From assembly GCA_964199315.1 (NCBI GenBank), contig OZ116705.1:6758001-6822000 (forward strand): 64,000 nt of DNA, in the 5' to 3' direction. A program made the translations under genes and the position numbers. This DNA is from Orbicella franksi (lineage: Eukaryota). The notes under the pieces are model-generated. The model was not told where the DNA came from. It searched no databases and saw only the letters and a list, made by a program, of their open reading frames with translations. Positions 11,201 to 22,880 of this stretch are shown one piece after another. The number at the start of each line of letters is the position of its first letter. Position 1 is the stretch's first letter.

Positions 11201-14200
11201 TTGTTTATTTCATGGATTGCTTTAGTTTTCTTAAATTTCTTCAGTTTTCGGGACTTCCTACCTTTGTCTTTCGCTTTGCTTCTCGACTTTTTAGTTTTCT
11301 CTCTTCCTTTGTCCTTTCGTCTTTGCTTGTGCTTCTTTTTCTTCTTATCTTTCAGCTTGAGTTTGTGTTTCGATTTTCCGCTAGCCTTCTTTCTCGACTT
11401 AGTTGCGTTTGTATCTTTTGCCTTATTTTTCTTCTTCTTTCCCTTTTCAGTCTTGGGCACTTTCTTCTTACCTTCAGATTCCTTCGATACCTTAACACTC
11501 GTAGAATGTAATTCAGAATGGGATTTTGACTTCATTTTGCTTTCTTTTGCCTCCTTGTTTAACTTTGGCGCAGCTGCAGGACGGAAAGAAGGGAACAGAC
11601 ACTTGCACGATCGAAAATTGCAATCAGGCGAGCAATGTGTTCCCCTGGGGCAACAATGCCAATTATCTGGGCAATTCACGGCGTCAGGCTCCATACAGCA
11701 GCCGTATCCAGTCAAAGATAACAAGTTCTCGCAACACGTGGTCCGGGTTGGGCATCGGGTCACCATATCAGGACAAAATGTCGACGTATCATCGTGCAGA
11801 TAAGAACTTGCCAACCCTGCAATAAATGACTTGATTTAAAGAAGTTTCTAAAGTTCACTTCATATATTATCAAATGAAAGTATTTTTAACTAGATCTTCG
11901 CAGTTTACTGTATTGTAATGTGTTTACCCATGTCAAAGCATGATGATGTATCATCGGGCAGATAAGAAGTTAGTACCAGCCCAGCAATTTATTTCTTGTA
12001 AACCTAGCTCGTTAATTCAGTCTAAGACTGCCAGAGAGGTTTAACAAACTACTTATTATTACTTATTACAATAAATCACTTCCTTTAAAATTTACCGAAG
12101 TTGACTTGGACTACTATCAGCTACTGGTCGTTTTTAAACTAAATCTTCACAAACCTATGAAAATAACGTACTTGAAATCTTATGAATATGAAAGACAAAA
12201 ATTCTGAATTGCGCTACGACACTGGGGAAGGCGCATTTTTCATTTTTCGCTTTTAGCGGTAAAAAACCAGCGGATGTCTGTTGTTAAGACAGTACATCCA
12301 ATGTGTTTACACGGATTTATGGACTCAGCAGATCATGCAGCAAGTTGGAAGAACATTCCAACGACTCCTGGACATCTTATGTGTTTTGAATAAGGAAATT
12401 AAATAAGGATGCTCTCCTTTGTGGTGATTCGGATCATGATCAAAATCAGTCGGATCATGGTGCATCGCAGGAACCGATGAATCCAATCTAAACAAGGATC
12501 AATTTCATCAATTCCGAGTGATTTGGATCATTCATCCTGATTCGTATAACCACAAAGGAACGCACGCTACGTCTTCTGAAATAAGGACAACTAAAAGTTT
12601 AAAATATCTTTCCCACCTTCTCTTGCAGACAGTTCTGGAGCCTTAGGAGGAGAAAATTGACCTAAAAATGATAGTGAAGTTACTGACAATTGTATACATA
12701 GTGAAACCGTATTTGGTACAAAAGCAGAGTGTCAAATTTGTAGAATATACTTATAAGCGTCTTAAAACTACCAACCTCGAGGTTTAGCTTTGGACAAAAG
12801 GCTTCGAAATGTGGCTCCCACTTTCACTCCAAGAAGACGATTTCCTTTGGGATTAAAATGCTGCGAAATGGAACAAAGGATAGGAAATATATTATGCGCC
12901 AATCGAACGGCAACAGACAACCATAGCGCCAGGACAATGCCACAGTGGGTCTTTCTTAACTTAGGTTTAAAGTCGAAGCATTATTTAGCCTCAGTTTTTC
13001 GGGAAAGTAAACAGAGCTCGCTTTTTTTCGTTTCCGAGGTTGCTAAGCAACACAATGAAGCATTCCAAAGTGACAATTCGGAATATTTGAGAGTGCGCAC
13101 AGAAGTTTTTAAATGGTTAATAAGACTCAAAAATGCTGTTGGTACCTTCGCGATTTTTCCAATAATGGTAATTTGCTGCTCCAACAGCCCTATCAGCCAA
13201 ATAAGTAACAAAAAAATATTAACAGAAATATCTTACCACATCCCGAGGTCGTTTCATGATGCTACATGTTTCGTAAGGGGGCTCTCCACACTCATGAATG
13301 ACGACAGAATGCAGGTCCACAATCTCTACCTTCCCGCTGCCGTCCTCCATAACTCTGCAAACACAAAGGTACAGGTAAGATAACAACCTATAATGAAAGT
13401 GATTTAGCATGCATTTTATTTTACTTATTGTAATTAAGTGACTTTTACTTTCTCTCCCCTGAGGTTTAGCGAATTTTCTCATGGATTTCATTTTCAAATA
13501 TTCTGGTGAATGGAACCGAAAAACCGAAACTACTTCAGGGTATTTCATTTCAGCACGAACTTACATTATACATATATTACTAATCAGAGCACTTTTGCAA
13601 GACCTCGCGAAATTTAGGGCGTGTGTAGACAAAACTATGGTGATTGTTCTTTCGCGTACATCCATAATATAAAAGTACTAAGAAAACAATTTGAGCAATA
13701 ATAGTGTTTATATCTTAAAAACAATGCAAAGACATGTAGAGTTTTCTCTGATACCTTCTCGCCTCCTTGTTGTATTTGACAACTCTCTTGTTTCTTCGTC
13801 CAGCGACAGGAACTGGAGTTGTCAGAGCAAACGCCACCTGAGCACCACTTTGGAGAAGAAGCTCTTTAATCTTCATCAGATTTTGTCCATATTCCTCTAA
13901 TGGGACGAATTCCTAACAAAGAATTTGATTTACTCAGGAACCGTATGGAGGTTTTGTAGCTGAACGTCTAAGTCTAGTCTAAGTCTTCACCATCTACGGG
14001 TATATTACGAACTCACAAAGAGACCAGCTCCCAGGTGGCTTGATAGTTCAGCTGGTAGAGCACTGCACCGGTATCGCAGAGGTCATAGAATCCCGTCAAA
14101 GCCTGAAGTTTCTTTTTCAGGCTTTAATTTCACATCTGCTTAAGTTTTGTCTATAACTGCGATGATAAATGACGTCTTCATGAAAGTCTAAGGTTGTCAT

Positions 14201-17200
14201 TTACCAAGGGATAAATTATTGTCAGCCTAAAATTCCGCTCAAGCGCGAACGATTATCTATCCAAATTAAGTTGGACACGCGTCCAAACTGATTCCAGCTT
14301 CGTCCAATTTTACCATGTCATTTTTCAGATCTTTGTTTTACATGTGCAAATACTAGTCAATCAGCTATAAATTTGCCTTCCTTTTTCTGGCTTCATTGAT
14401 AATTTTGAACATCTTAATCTTGATAATGAAAATCTTAATAAGGGAAAACGAGAATTTGAAGTTCATGATATTAAAGTGATAATTATTAAGAGTGCCTGCC
14501 TGTAAAAATCAGACAAATTCTTAATTCCGCGGCAAGGGTCGAAAATTCGATTTCGCTCATATTCTTATGGTAGATAGGCTAGGGCATGACAAAAACTACT
14601 GGATAGTTTTTTTGGCAAAATATCCTTTTATTTCAAAGAAATATGCAAATTACCAAATTCCGTTAAAATCGTCATTTGACGCACCATTTTATTAAGCAAG
14701 TTTGAGAGCCTCGCATGCAAAACCACATTATTCTTCCGTCTTTAAAACACTCAAATATTTTTGTGCAATGTTTAAATGTGTACTGGGTTGATTCTAGGGA
14801 AAGTTGCGTTGTCGTTTTGGGTGCAAAATAATTAAATTTCGAAGACATGCATTTCATTCACTTAAAAGTACTTCGTGAATATAATTAATTTTCACCATGT
14901 GCGAAACCTTCAAATGGATCAAGCTTCTGGTGGTTGAATCGCAGAAGGATGGTCTACAGATTCCTGTAAAAATTTCTTTGGGCAAATGATTGTGAGCGAC
15001 GCGAGAGCTTTTCAAAGTACGTCAAAAATGTAAACATTTGACCATCCGTCGTCAAATTTCAATTTACGGGTTAGACATATATTTTAGTATGCGCCACATG
15101 ACTTGACCTATGTTAAGTTGAAATAGACTCAGAGCTGATAATTTTGAAATGTTCTTACCTCATTTGCTGTAAAAGGCAGGTCCAAAGCCGATTTGACGTG
15201 TTCCTCTCACCATTCGTCGCACATAAAGCAGAAGTTTGCTTTTGTTTACATAACGTCCGATGTACATCGCCAACTGTTAACTTATTTAATGGTCGAATAC
15301 CATGAATCGGTGACCCTCTTTCGACACATATGATCACCACTGCATCTAAGTCCAAAACGGCTAAGTCATTTGTAGATAGTTGCTTGCTTTGCACTTCACC
15401 AAACTATTACGTTTGATCATCATGGTTTGATGGTTTGAATCCTTGCTTGCAGCGGTTCCTTGTTCGTCACGCAATGCTGTCATCCCATTTTAGGGGGTAG
15501 GGGTAGGACACTTTCTATCCTAATACGTAAGGCTCCGTAAGGCTTAGAATCACTGGGAGCACACAATCGTGTTGAGTAGGAAGAGACTGAATTAAGAAAT
15601 GAAAAGAATGAATAGTTTACCATTGCCCCTGTTGTTATCTTTTACTCAACCACCGCTACCTACATGCCCTGCGTAATACTGTAACGCTAAACTCATACCT
15701 AGGTCTTTTCGCGCTATGCAATTATTTTTGTTTTATACATGTAATACAGTGGGCTACCCCCGGGGAAATGGGTGGAGACCGCTTAATGGGGCTAGCCGCT
15801 CAAATAGAGATTGGTGTACCTTGAATATTTAATTTTTCACTGTCGGGCTATAAATTTCTTGGCGAACATGGAGTCAATTCAAGACAATCATGATAGGCGT
15901 GTGTTTGAATTATCACTCGTCATGCACTTCAGTTTCAGACTCTTATCTGCCATCGCCCTTTCCAAAACAAAGTTCTTAAATTTTAGGTGGCCGCTTAATA
16001 GGGGTAAAGACAATAATGAAACCCTTATCGGAATGACCAAATGGTGGGCGCGGAGGTAACTGGTCAATAGGTGTTTTATTTACAATATTTTACTGACGAT
16101 AATTTTGGACTGTATTGACAACAGTCCACTATTTTCTGTTACATACCAATGCCTCGCCACCAAGCAAACAAAATACGCCAAATAAAATAGCATGGCCAGG
16201 GCTATTTACTCACATAATTACTAATTAAATTTAGTCTTTTTTTCTCACGAATTAGACACGTTGTGATTTCCTATTTTTATTTCAGGTAGTTCTTGCGTCA
16301 TTGATCTATAATTTGTTTATGGCGATTTTCTTAAAATTCTAGTGAGTACAGGCACTAGCTTTATCAGCTGTTGTCTGAAACGTCAAAACGTACAACAAAC
16401 GTGATTTGGACCGACGCCACGTACACTATAGAACACGATTATATAAATATACACATATTATTATATATATCAACAAACAGATGAACAATGATTAAATTGT
16501 TTCACTTATCCTGAGAGTACCCTATACAAAATAGATTATAATGTGCAGCGTATGCCGTGACAGCATTGCGTGGCGAACAAATAACGGCTGTAAGATTGTG
16601 CTGCGCCGACACGCTTATCAACAATGGTCAGCAATCGATCAAACGCAATATTTTGGCGAAGCGTAAAGCAAGCAACTATCTACAAATGACTCAGCCGTTG
16701 TAGACTTAGATGCAGTGATGTTCATAAGCGCAGAAAGATGGTGAAAAATTAAATATTCAAGGTACACCAATCTCTATTTGAGCGGCTAGCCCCATTAAGC
16801 GGTCACCACCCATTTCCCCGGGGGTAGCCCACTGTATTACATGTATAAAACAAAAATAATTGCATAGCGCGAAAAGACCTAGGTATGAGTTTAGCGTTAC
16901 AGTATTACGCAGGGCATGTAGGTAGCGGTGGTCGAGTAAAAGATAACAACAGGGGCAATGGTAAACTATTCATTCTTTTCATTTCTTAATTCAATCTCTT
17001 CCTACTCAACACGATTGTGTGCTCCCAGTGATTCTAAGCCTTACGGAGCCTTACGTATTAGGATAGAAAGTGTCCTACCCCTACCCCCTAAAATGGGATG
17101 ACAGCATTGCGTGACGAACAAGGAACCGCTGCAAGCAAGGATTCAAACCATCAAACCATGATGATCAAACGTAATAGTTTGGTGAAGTGCAAAGCAAGCA

Positions 17201-20200
17201 ACTATCTACAAATGACTTAGCCGTTTTGGACTTAGATGCAGTGGTGATCATATGTGTCGAAAGAGGGTCACCGATTCATGGTATTCGACCATTAAATAAG
17301 TTAACAGTTGGCGATGTACATCGGACGTTATGTAAACAAAAGCAAACTTCTGCTTTATGTGCGACGAATGGTGAGAGGAACACGTCAAATCGGCTTTGGA
17401 CCTGCCTTTTACAGCAAATGAGGTAAGAACATTTCAAAATTATCAGCTCTGAGTCTATTTCAACTTAACATAGGTCAAGTCATGTGGCGCATGCTAAAAT
17501 ATATGTCTAACCCGTAAATTGAAATTTGACGACGGATGGTCAAATGTTTGCATTTTTGACGTACTTTGAAAAGCTCTCGCGTCGCTCACAATCATTTGCC
17601 CAAAGAAATTTTTACAGGAATCTGTAGACCATCCTTCTGCGATTCAACCACCAGAAGCTTGATCCATTTGAAGGTTTCGCACATGGTGAAAATTAATTAT
17701 ATTTACGAAGTACTTTTAAGTGAATGAAATGTATGTCTTCGAAATTTAATTATTTTGCACCCAAAACGACAACGCAACTTTCCCTAGAATCAACCCAGTA
17801 CACATTTAAACATTGCACAAAAATATTTGAGTGTTTTAAAGACGGAAGAATAATGTGGTTTTGCATGCGAGGCTCTCAAACTTGCTTAATAAAATGGTGC
17901 GTCAAATGACGATTTTAACGGAATTTGGTAATTTGCATATTTCTTTGAAATAAAAGGATATTTTGCCAAAAAAACTATCCAGTAGTTTTTGTCATGCCCT
18001 AGCCTATCTACCATAAGAATATGAGCGAAATCGAATTTTCGACCCTAGCCGAGTTATTTTCCATTTTTATGGACAGGGACTCTTAATAAAAATGAGGAGA
18101 TATTTCAATCAGCAGCTTGTTAATAGTCATAAAATTTTACAAAAGAAGAAAGAAGACGGTCAAAACCTGATCGTTTTCAGTTCACAACCAAGCGTTGTTG
18201 TTATGACATGGCCAAAAAATAAGCTCGATTTTGAGTGGCATCAAAGTTGCTCCGACTACATTACTTAAACACGGCAAACAAAGAAATAACAAGAAAACGT
18301 CTACTGAACTTACTTCCGGAAACAATTTGCTGTAGTCAATGTCATGCATTCCAAAATTGAACACAACTGCGTCATAACTGGTTGGTTCCAGTGCCGTCGT
18401 GTGAAGCATCATTGACAGGCATTGCAGACCGTATCTGGAATCCACCGCCCCAGACCCCTTAGCAAATGGCGCGTGTTGAACCTGGCACAATCCTTTTAGT
18501 TCGCCCTTGACGGTTGTCAGGTAGCTAAAGAAGAGAAAGGTTGGGGTCAGTAGTAAAACGAAAACGGCGAGGCGTCACAACCTGAATATCATAAAAATGG
18601 TAATGTAACTGGAGAAGTGCAAAGGTGAACGTAGCAATTACGTGTAAAAGAGAAACATTGGCTCCTGAAAAAATTGGATTATTAGGAGCCTTTGTCAATT
18701 TGTTTGCTGATTGCTTCATTTCTTCCAAGTCTAATCAACTAGGACAGCGCTAGCTGGGAGTAGAGATTCTGATTGAGCCTCTAAAGTAACAGTTAAAACA
18801 CCCTAGCACTCTCCTAGTGACTGATTTTCGACAGCATTAAAAGTGAAATATCAAGGGATTTATATCTACCCGAGTGAGATGGAGTCCCCAATGACAAGAC
18901 AATTCCTGAACAACGGATTAACACTCAAAGGTGGCCCTGGGCTGCATACCCTTGATGCATTGTGTGCTTCAAGCATTACAGGCAACCTGTGTCATAAATA
19001 TACAATGTATCCGTTAGGTCGCCGTAGCGGATCGCCGGTGCCGTACGTTAGGCACCGTGATAATGACCTGGGGAGAGCTCAAACCAGGAATGATCCAAAC
19101 GGATCGCAACGCGCAAACAACCAGGCCATCGTGCTTACTAAAATGAAAACACTAATGCCCAGTTCATACCAGCATGTAAACATGTTTAAAAGTGATTTAA
19201 CTGAACACGGTTGAAAATTAGTTTTCTTTTTCTTGTGTCGTTTTTAACGTTTTTAAAGTACAAAATCTTGAATGGTCCAAAATCGAACGAAAAATTGCAG
19301 CCATTTTTTTTAAGGCCGAAGTCTTTATGAATGGAGGAGCTCACATGTGTAAAACAAGCTCTTAAAATAACATTCTTCTAGTACTAACTTCATATCGTTT
19401 TGAGGTTTAAGTCGAGATGGCCAGATTTGTGACTGCGATGTTGAAAATGGAGGTCTTGCCTGGGAAACCGTCAACGAAGGAGAAACTTGAGGCACTACTG
19501 GGACACTCATCTGGGTGGGTACCACAGGAGGTACTTGATAGGGTCCCTGAAGAGGCGCCTGGGTGGGTACTAATGGTGGGTACTTTGGTAGTACCCGTGG
19601 AGGAGCCTGGGTCGCTGTTTGGGGCCACGAGTTGTAGTCTGGGGGCCACGTCGGGGTGTCTTCCACTGGGAAGCCCTCCCAGTCAAAATCAGAACCATCG
19701 TAAATGTCTTGCCGCTGCAAAACCGATATAAAGAGATAATGTCGTGCTATGTTTTGTGATGCCCCCCTCCCCCCTCCCCCCCCCCCCCTGCACCAGTATA
19801 AATTGGGTTAACATCTCGCTTAATATTTTCTCAGTTTTCTTCATTTGTGCAGTGTGGCTTTCATTCTAAGAAATAGCTCTAGCAAAATATGTAAGAATGC
19901 CTCAATTCTGATTGGGAATGCGAACAAATGGCCTCGTAAGTCGACGTTTTTGCAGCGTGCAGTCAATCAACTTCTGGTCACGCGTTGTTTTAACCTTCCA
20001 ACTCTTTAGTCACGCAACCACAAAAAGTAACGCAAAAGCAGAAGTAAAGCAGGAATTAAACAAATCAATTTATCCACTGGAGCTTTGGCGTTTTCGTTGA
20101 CTGAGAATCCAGTTTCGGCGAATGAAGTTAAAAATTACCATGGTTTGCCGATTGGCGAATGAAATTTGGGCCAACTTCAATGTACTCTCCAAACCAGAAT

Positions 20201-21111
20201 GAATTTTCAATTGTTTTTTTGGCGCCAAAAAATCCATAGGAACTGGTATGTTCAACTGCTAACCGTTAGCAATAGCCTATGCTTACAGTTTGATTTTGTT
20301 GATATAGAATGCACGCGTTTTTGTATAGCAAGTCTTCAAATCCTTAGAACATTCCACTTTTCCTGAACAATGAGAGGTTGGTTATAACGCGAGCGATGAG
20401 GTCAAAACCCAACGACACGCGAGAAGAAACCTGACAGATTAACTTGTAAACAATCTTAACAAGCGTTTCAAAATATTCTTCTGCTATCTCTACTGGCCAT
20501 GTATTCATAGAATGGAAAGTTAACGACCTATACACGCGCCATTTTTACAGATATCGCATTTATTTTCTTAAAAATAAACCGGTTTTTTCATAATGGCAAA
20601 ATCACGTTTTGCTTGCTGGCCATGATAAAACTTTCTTTAAGTTTATTCTAATTACAGAAATGCGGATATTTTTCCAAATATAACCACTGGAGTAAACACT
20701 TTGCACAGTTACTTAGAGCTACAGTCTTAGCTCAGACGGGAAGTTGTGTTAAGTTCTCAAACAGAAAGCAGGCGGTCTTCCTAACAATAGTTTACCTGTT
20801 TCCGGAAACAATACTTATTGAAACAATGACAAAACAAAATTTAACACCTCCATCATGTTTTTCGACCTTACCCTGTTGGAGTGACTCCACTTGTTTTTCC
20901 TGGTATACGACAATGCCATTGGATTTATTTTCGACAACCAAGAGTAATTCGTGCGATGAGAACTGGAATAAAATGCATTTCTTCTCAAGCCCCCTCCAGC
21001 CTGCGCGCGTTTGAAGTTGTCTATGTATGTTGTTCTATAAAGCGAAGCTACGTGTGGCCACAGAAACGACAACAAACACACCAGGCGAAGAATCGAGGAA
21101 CCGCCGAGCAT
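8284..21111 (-). CDS. Secreted multidomain protein (~1595 aa): signal peptide, Pro-rich linker, SGNH/GDSL hydrolase domain, granulin-like module, Lys/Arg/His-rich tract, Ser/Gly/acidic repeat tail
   Basis: Eight exons with GT-AG boundaries and consistent phases: 21111-20872, 19714-19389, 18986-18870, 18524-18314, 13912-13755, 13354-13237, 12860-12776, 11816-8284 (sum 4788 nt = 1596 codons). Spliced motifs: MLGGSSILRLVCLLSFLWPHVAS (signal-like), CLVIGDSISLG|Y (GDS block I), VVFNFGMHD (block III), RPRDV|HFNPKG (block V His), then the granulin Cys pattern. Joining exons 1-2 to the SGNH exons is less certain than the SGNH-to-granulin joins. Confidence 0.8.
9510..10020 (-). repeat. Coding tandem repeat, 156-nt (52-aa) unit, about 3 copies plus a 66-nt partial
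   Basis: Units start at 10020 (SADIDSVRLV...), 9864 (SADTDSVPLV...) and 9642 (NADTKSVRLL...). An extra 22-aa EKISVGSASGLEMAAASAKNVS lies between units 2 and 3. Confidence 0.85.
11599..11775 (-). other. Granulin/epithelin-like cysteine module within the terminal exon
   Basis: C-x6-C-x5-CC-x10-CC-x6-NC-x5-CC-x5-C-x3-C-x4-C-x-C (CPDMVTRC...GYGCC...DAVNCPDNWHCCPRGTHC). One Cys of the third CC pair is replaced by Asn. Confidence 0.8.
12405..12568. repeat. MITE-like inverted repeat in an intron
   Basis: gatgctctcctttgtggtgattcg versus gattcgtataaccacaaaggaacgcac (degenerate inverted arms). Confidence 0.45.
13990..14185 (+). repeat. tRNA-derived interspersed repeat (defective copy)
   Basis: tRNA-like core 14037-14103 (ggcttgatagttcagctggtagagc...gaatcccgtcaaagcc) lacks the gggttc of the T arm. 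Same family as 53215-53510. Confidence 0.7.
14490..18082. mobile_element. 3.6-kb non-autonomous DNA element with TTAA target duplication (Kolobok-like) and 1306-bp internal inverted arms
   Basis: TTAA at 14486-14489 and 18083-18086. Termini GAGTGCCTGCC... and ...GGACAGGGACTC (16/20 inverted match, RR...YY ends). Arms 14535-15840 and 16741-18046 are reverse complements, and the ORF track gives identical peptides on opposite strands (14672-14857/17724-17909; 15155-15394/17187-17426). No transposase ORF seen. Confidence 0.8.
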
Positions 21112-22880
21112 TTCTAGACATTTTCCGCCTCAATTTTCCGCCTTCTATCTTTTTTTAGTCAGTGTACTTGCCTTTTTCGTCATTTCTCGTTTCAATTTGT
21201 CGTTGGTAAAACAAAGGCACCATGGTTCGCAATCAAAGGCTCCCGTTGACAAACAAATCACGGCATTTTACTGTTATAGAACCGACCGTTAAATTACACG
21301 CTGGCTAATCTCCTTTTAAAATAAAATGACGTGATCCATAGTCCTGACGAAATATCGATTCAAAAAGGTGTTTTAGAACAAAGGGAATATTGAGGTGAAC
21401 TTATAAAGCGTCAAGCGTGCTATCAAATAGTATTAAGTTGTGATAATTTCTTACTTCTAAAAACGAGCGAGGTTGCTCTTTCAAGCGTTAAGGGCCATTT
21501 AGGATCGCGTGCAAAATACAAGAGTAAACAACCTTTAACGATACCTTAATGGACTAACCTTTAGTCATGCTAACAAACGTTAAATGAAGTTATCTTCCAG
21601 GGTCAGTTATAGTGTCAATATTTCGAATGGGATTGGCACTGAGACTCAAGATGAACAACTGTCTGTGACCCTGAAGTTAAGAGACCAGAAAATTTGTCAT
21701 TTTTGTCTACTGGTAGCAGGTACAAGACCAAACATTCCTCGATTTGGTCGCCCCAGTCAAGTTCTTTTTCATAACAAACGAATTTGGGCAAAATGTAGAA
21801 TACTGAGCGGTTTGTGCAAACCAACGCTAAAATCAACACGTTCCACAAAAAAAAAAAAAAAAAAAAAAAAGCCAATTCTGAAGAACTGGTAATAAGAACA
21901 GAACTGAAAAAATGCGAAAACTATTTTTACGGGTGTTAAATGAACGCTTTCACACTTAACAGTTAAAGACAATGCAAGGCAAAGGTAAACCTTACCGAAA
22001 CTTTGCACGTGTTTCTAGTCCTGTAAAACGTTATTACCAGAACATGCTACGTTGAAATGAAAAAAGCATACAATCTTGCAGTTTAAGTGTGCATATAAAC
22101 TTTGTCTTTATTCATGTACCAGCAACTAACAGGTACAAGCCTTTTGCATGGAGTGAGCCCCAACTGTTTTCGGTTACTATGAGAACAACTAAGGGACATG
22201 CAAGGGTTTGTTTGAGTAACAGGCCATAGTGTAAGATTGAACTGTCTTTGTTTATAGCAATTCGCATTTGCTTTGTACACAGTGTCGAGTGTCAAATAAA
22301 AATAGCCGGCACATTCAAACAAGTCATGATCGTTTGCATGCCCACTGAGACAACCAAGTAGCGTAGTAGACAAGTAGCGGGATCAATCGACAAAATATTT
22401 GACGAAAAGTCATTTTAAAAGCAATAATGATTTTTAAAAAAATGGAATTTTTCCAATAGCGTTAGTCAGGTCTCGAGTCGCTCCGTGTAGCTTTCGGTAT
22501 TAGCATACCGTAATTTCCTTATAGTCCAGCTAAACAAGTAATCTTTGCCCATCCCGGCCCTCAAATGTTCCACAAACAAATGTTTTTAAATGCTCTTGGG
22601 AGGTCTGCATATTCCCAAGAGTTTTACAACAATAGTTTATGCAAAATTTGGGGGCAAACAGAGTGAATTGCGAGGAATTGGAAAATGGAGAACGGAAGCA
22701 ACTTATTCAAGCATACATGTTGAATTTGGTTGTTCAAACGATGGATAAAGCTAAGTTCATAAAATAACTGAGATACTACTCGCGCGCTCATTGGTCGATA
22801 GGTGTGTTTAGATGAAAATAAGTAAATACGGTTGTGACGTTTTAGTTTCGCGCGTATTCTTGAGAAATATTTCATGAAAG

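Noticed and set aside
11092-11825. Long hydrophobic plus-strand ORFs (11092-11511, 11201-11803, 11526-11825) as membrane proteins
   Set aside because: They are antisense shadows of the Lys-rich exon: AAA/AAG codons read as Phe/Leu on the other strand.
12790-13548. ORFs 12790-13383 (+) and 13219-13548 (-) as independent genes
   Set aside because: They overlap two short real exons of the SGNH gene plus intron sequence and have no motifs of their own.
14037-14103. Functional tRNA gene
   Set aside because: The T arm is partly deleted and the anticodon loop is non-canonical. It belongs to an interspersed repeat.
14672-17909. Identical ORF pairs in the inverted arms as duplicated genes or a transposase
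   Set aside because: They are only 61-79 aa with no DDE or other motif. Their identity simply follows from the inverted repeat.
19040-19190. Alternative start or extra exon (MFTCWYELGISVFIL followed by GTAAGC) for the SGNH gene
   Set aside because: I found no phase-compatible, stop-free path into the GDS exon, whereas the 19389-to-18986 junction fits. It remains testable with RNA-seq.
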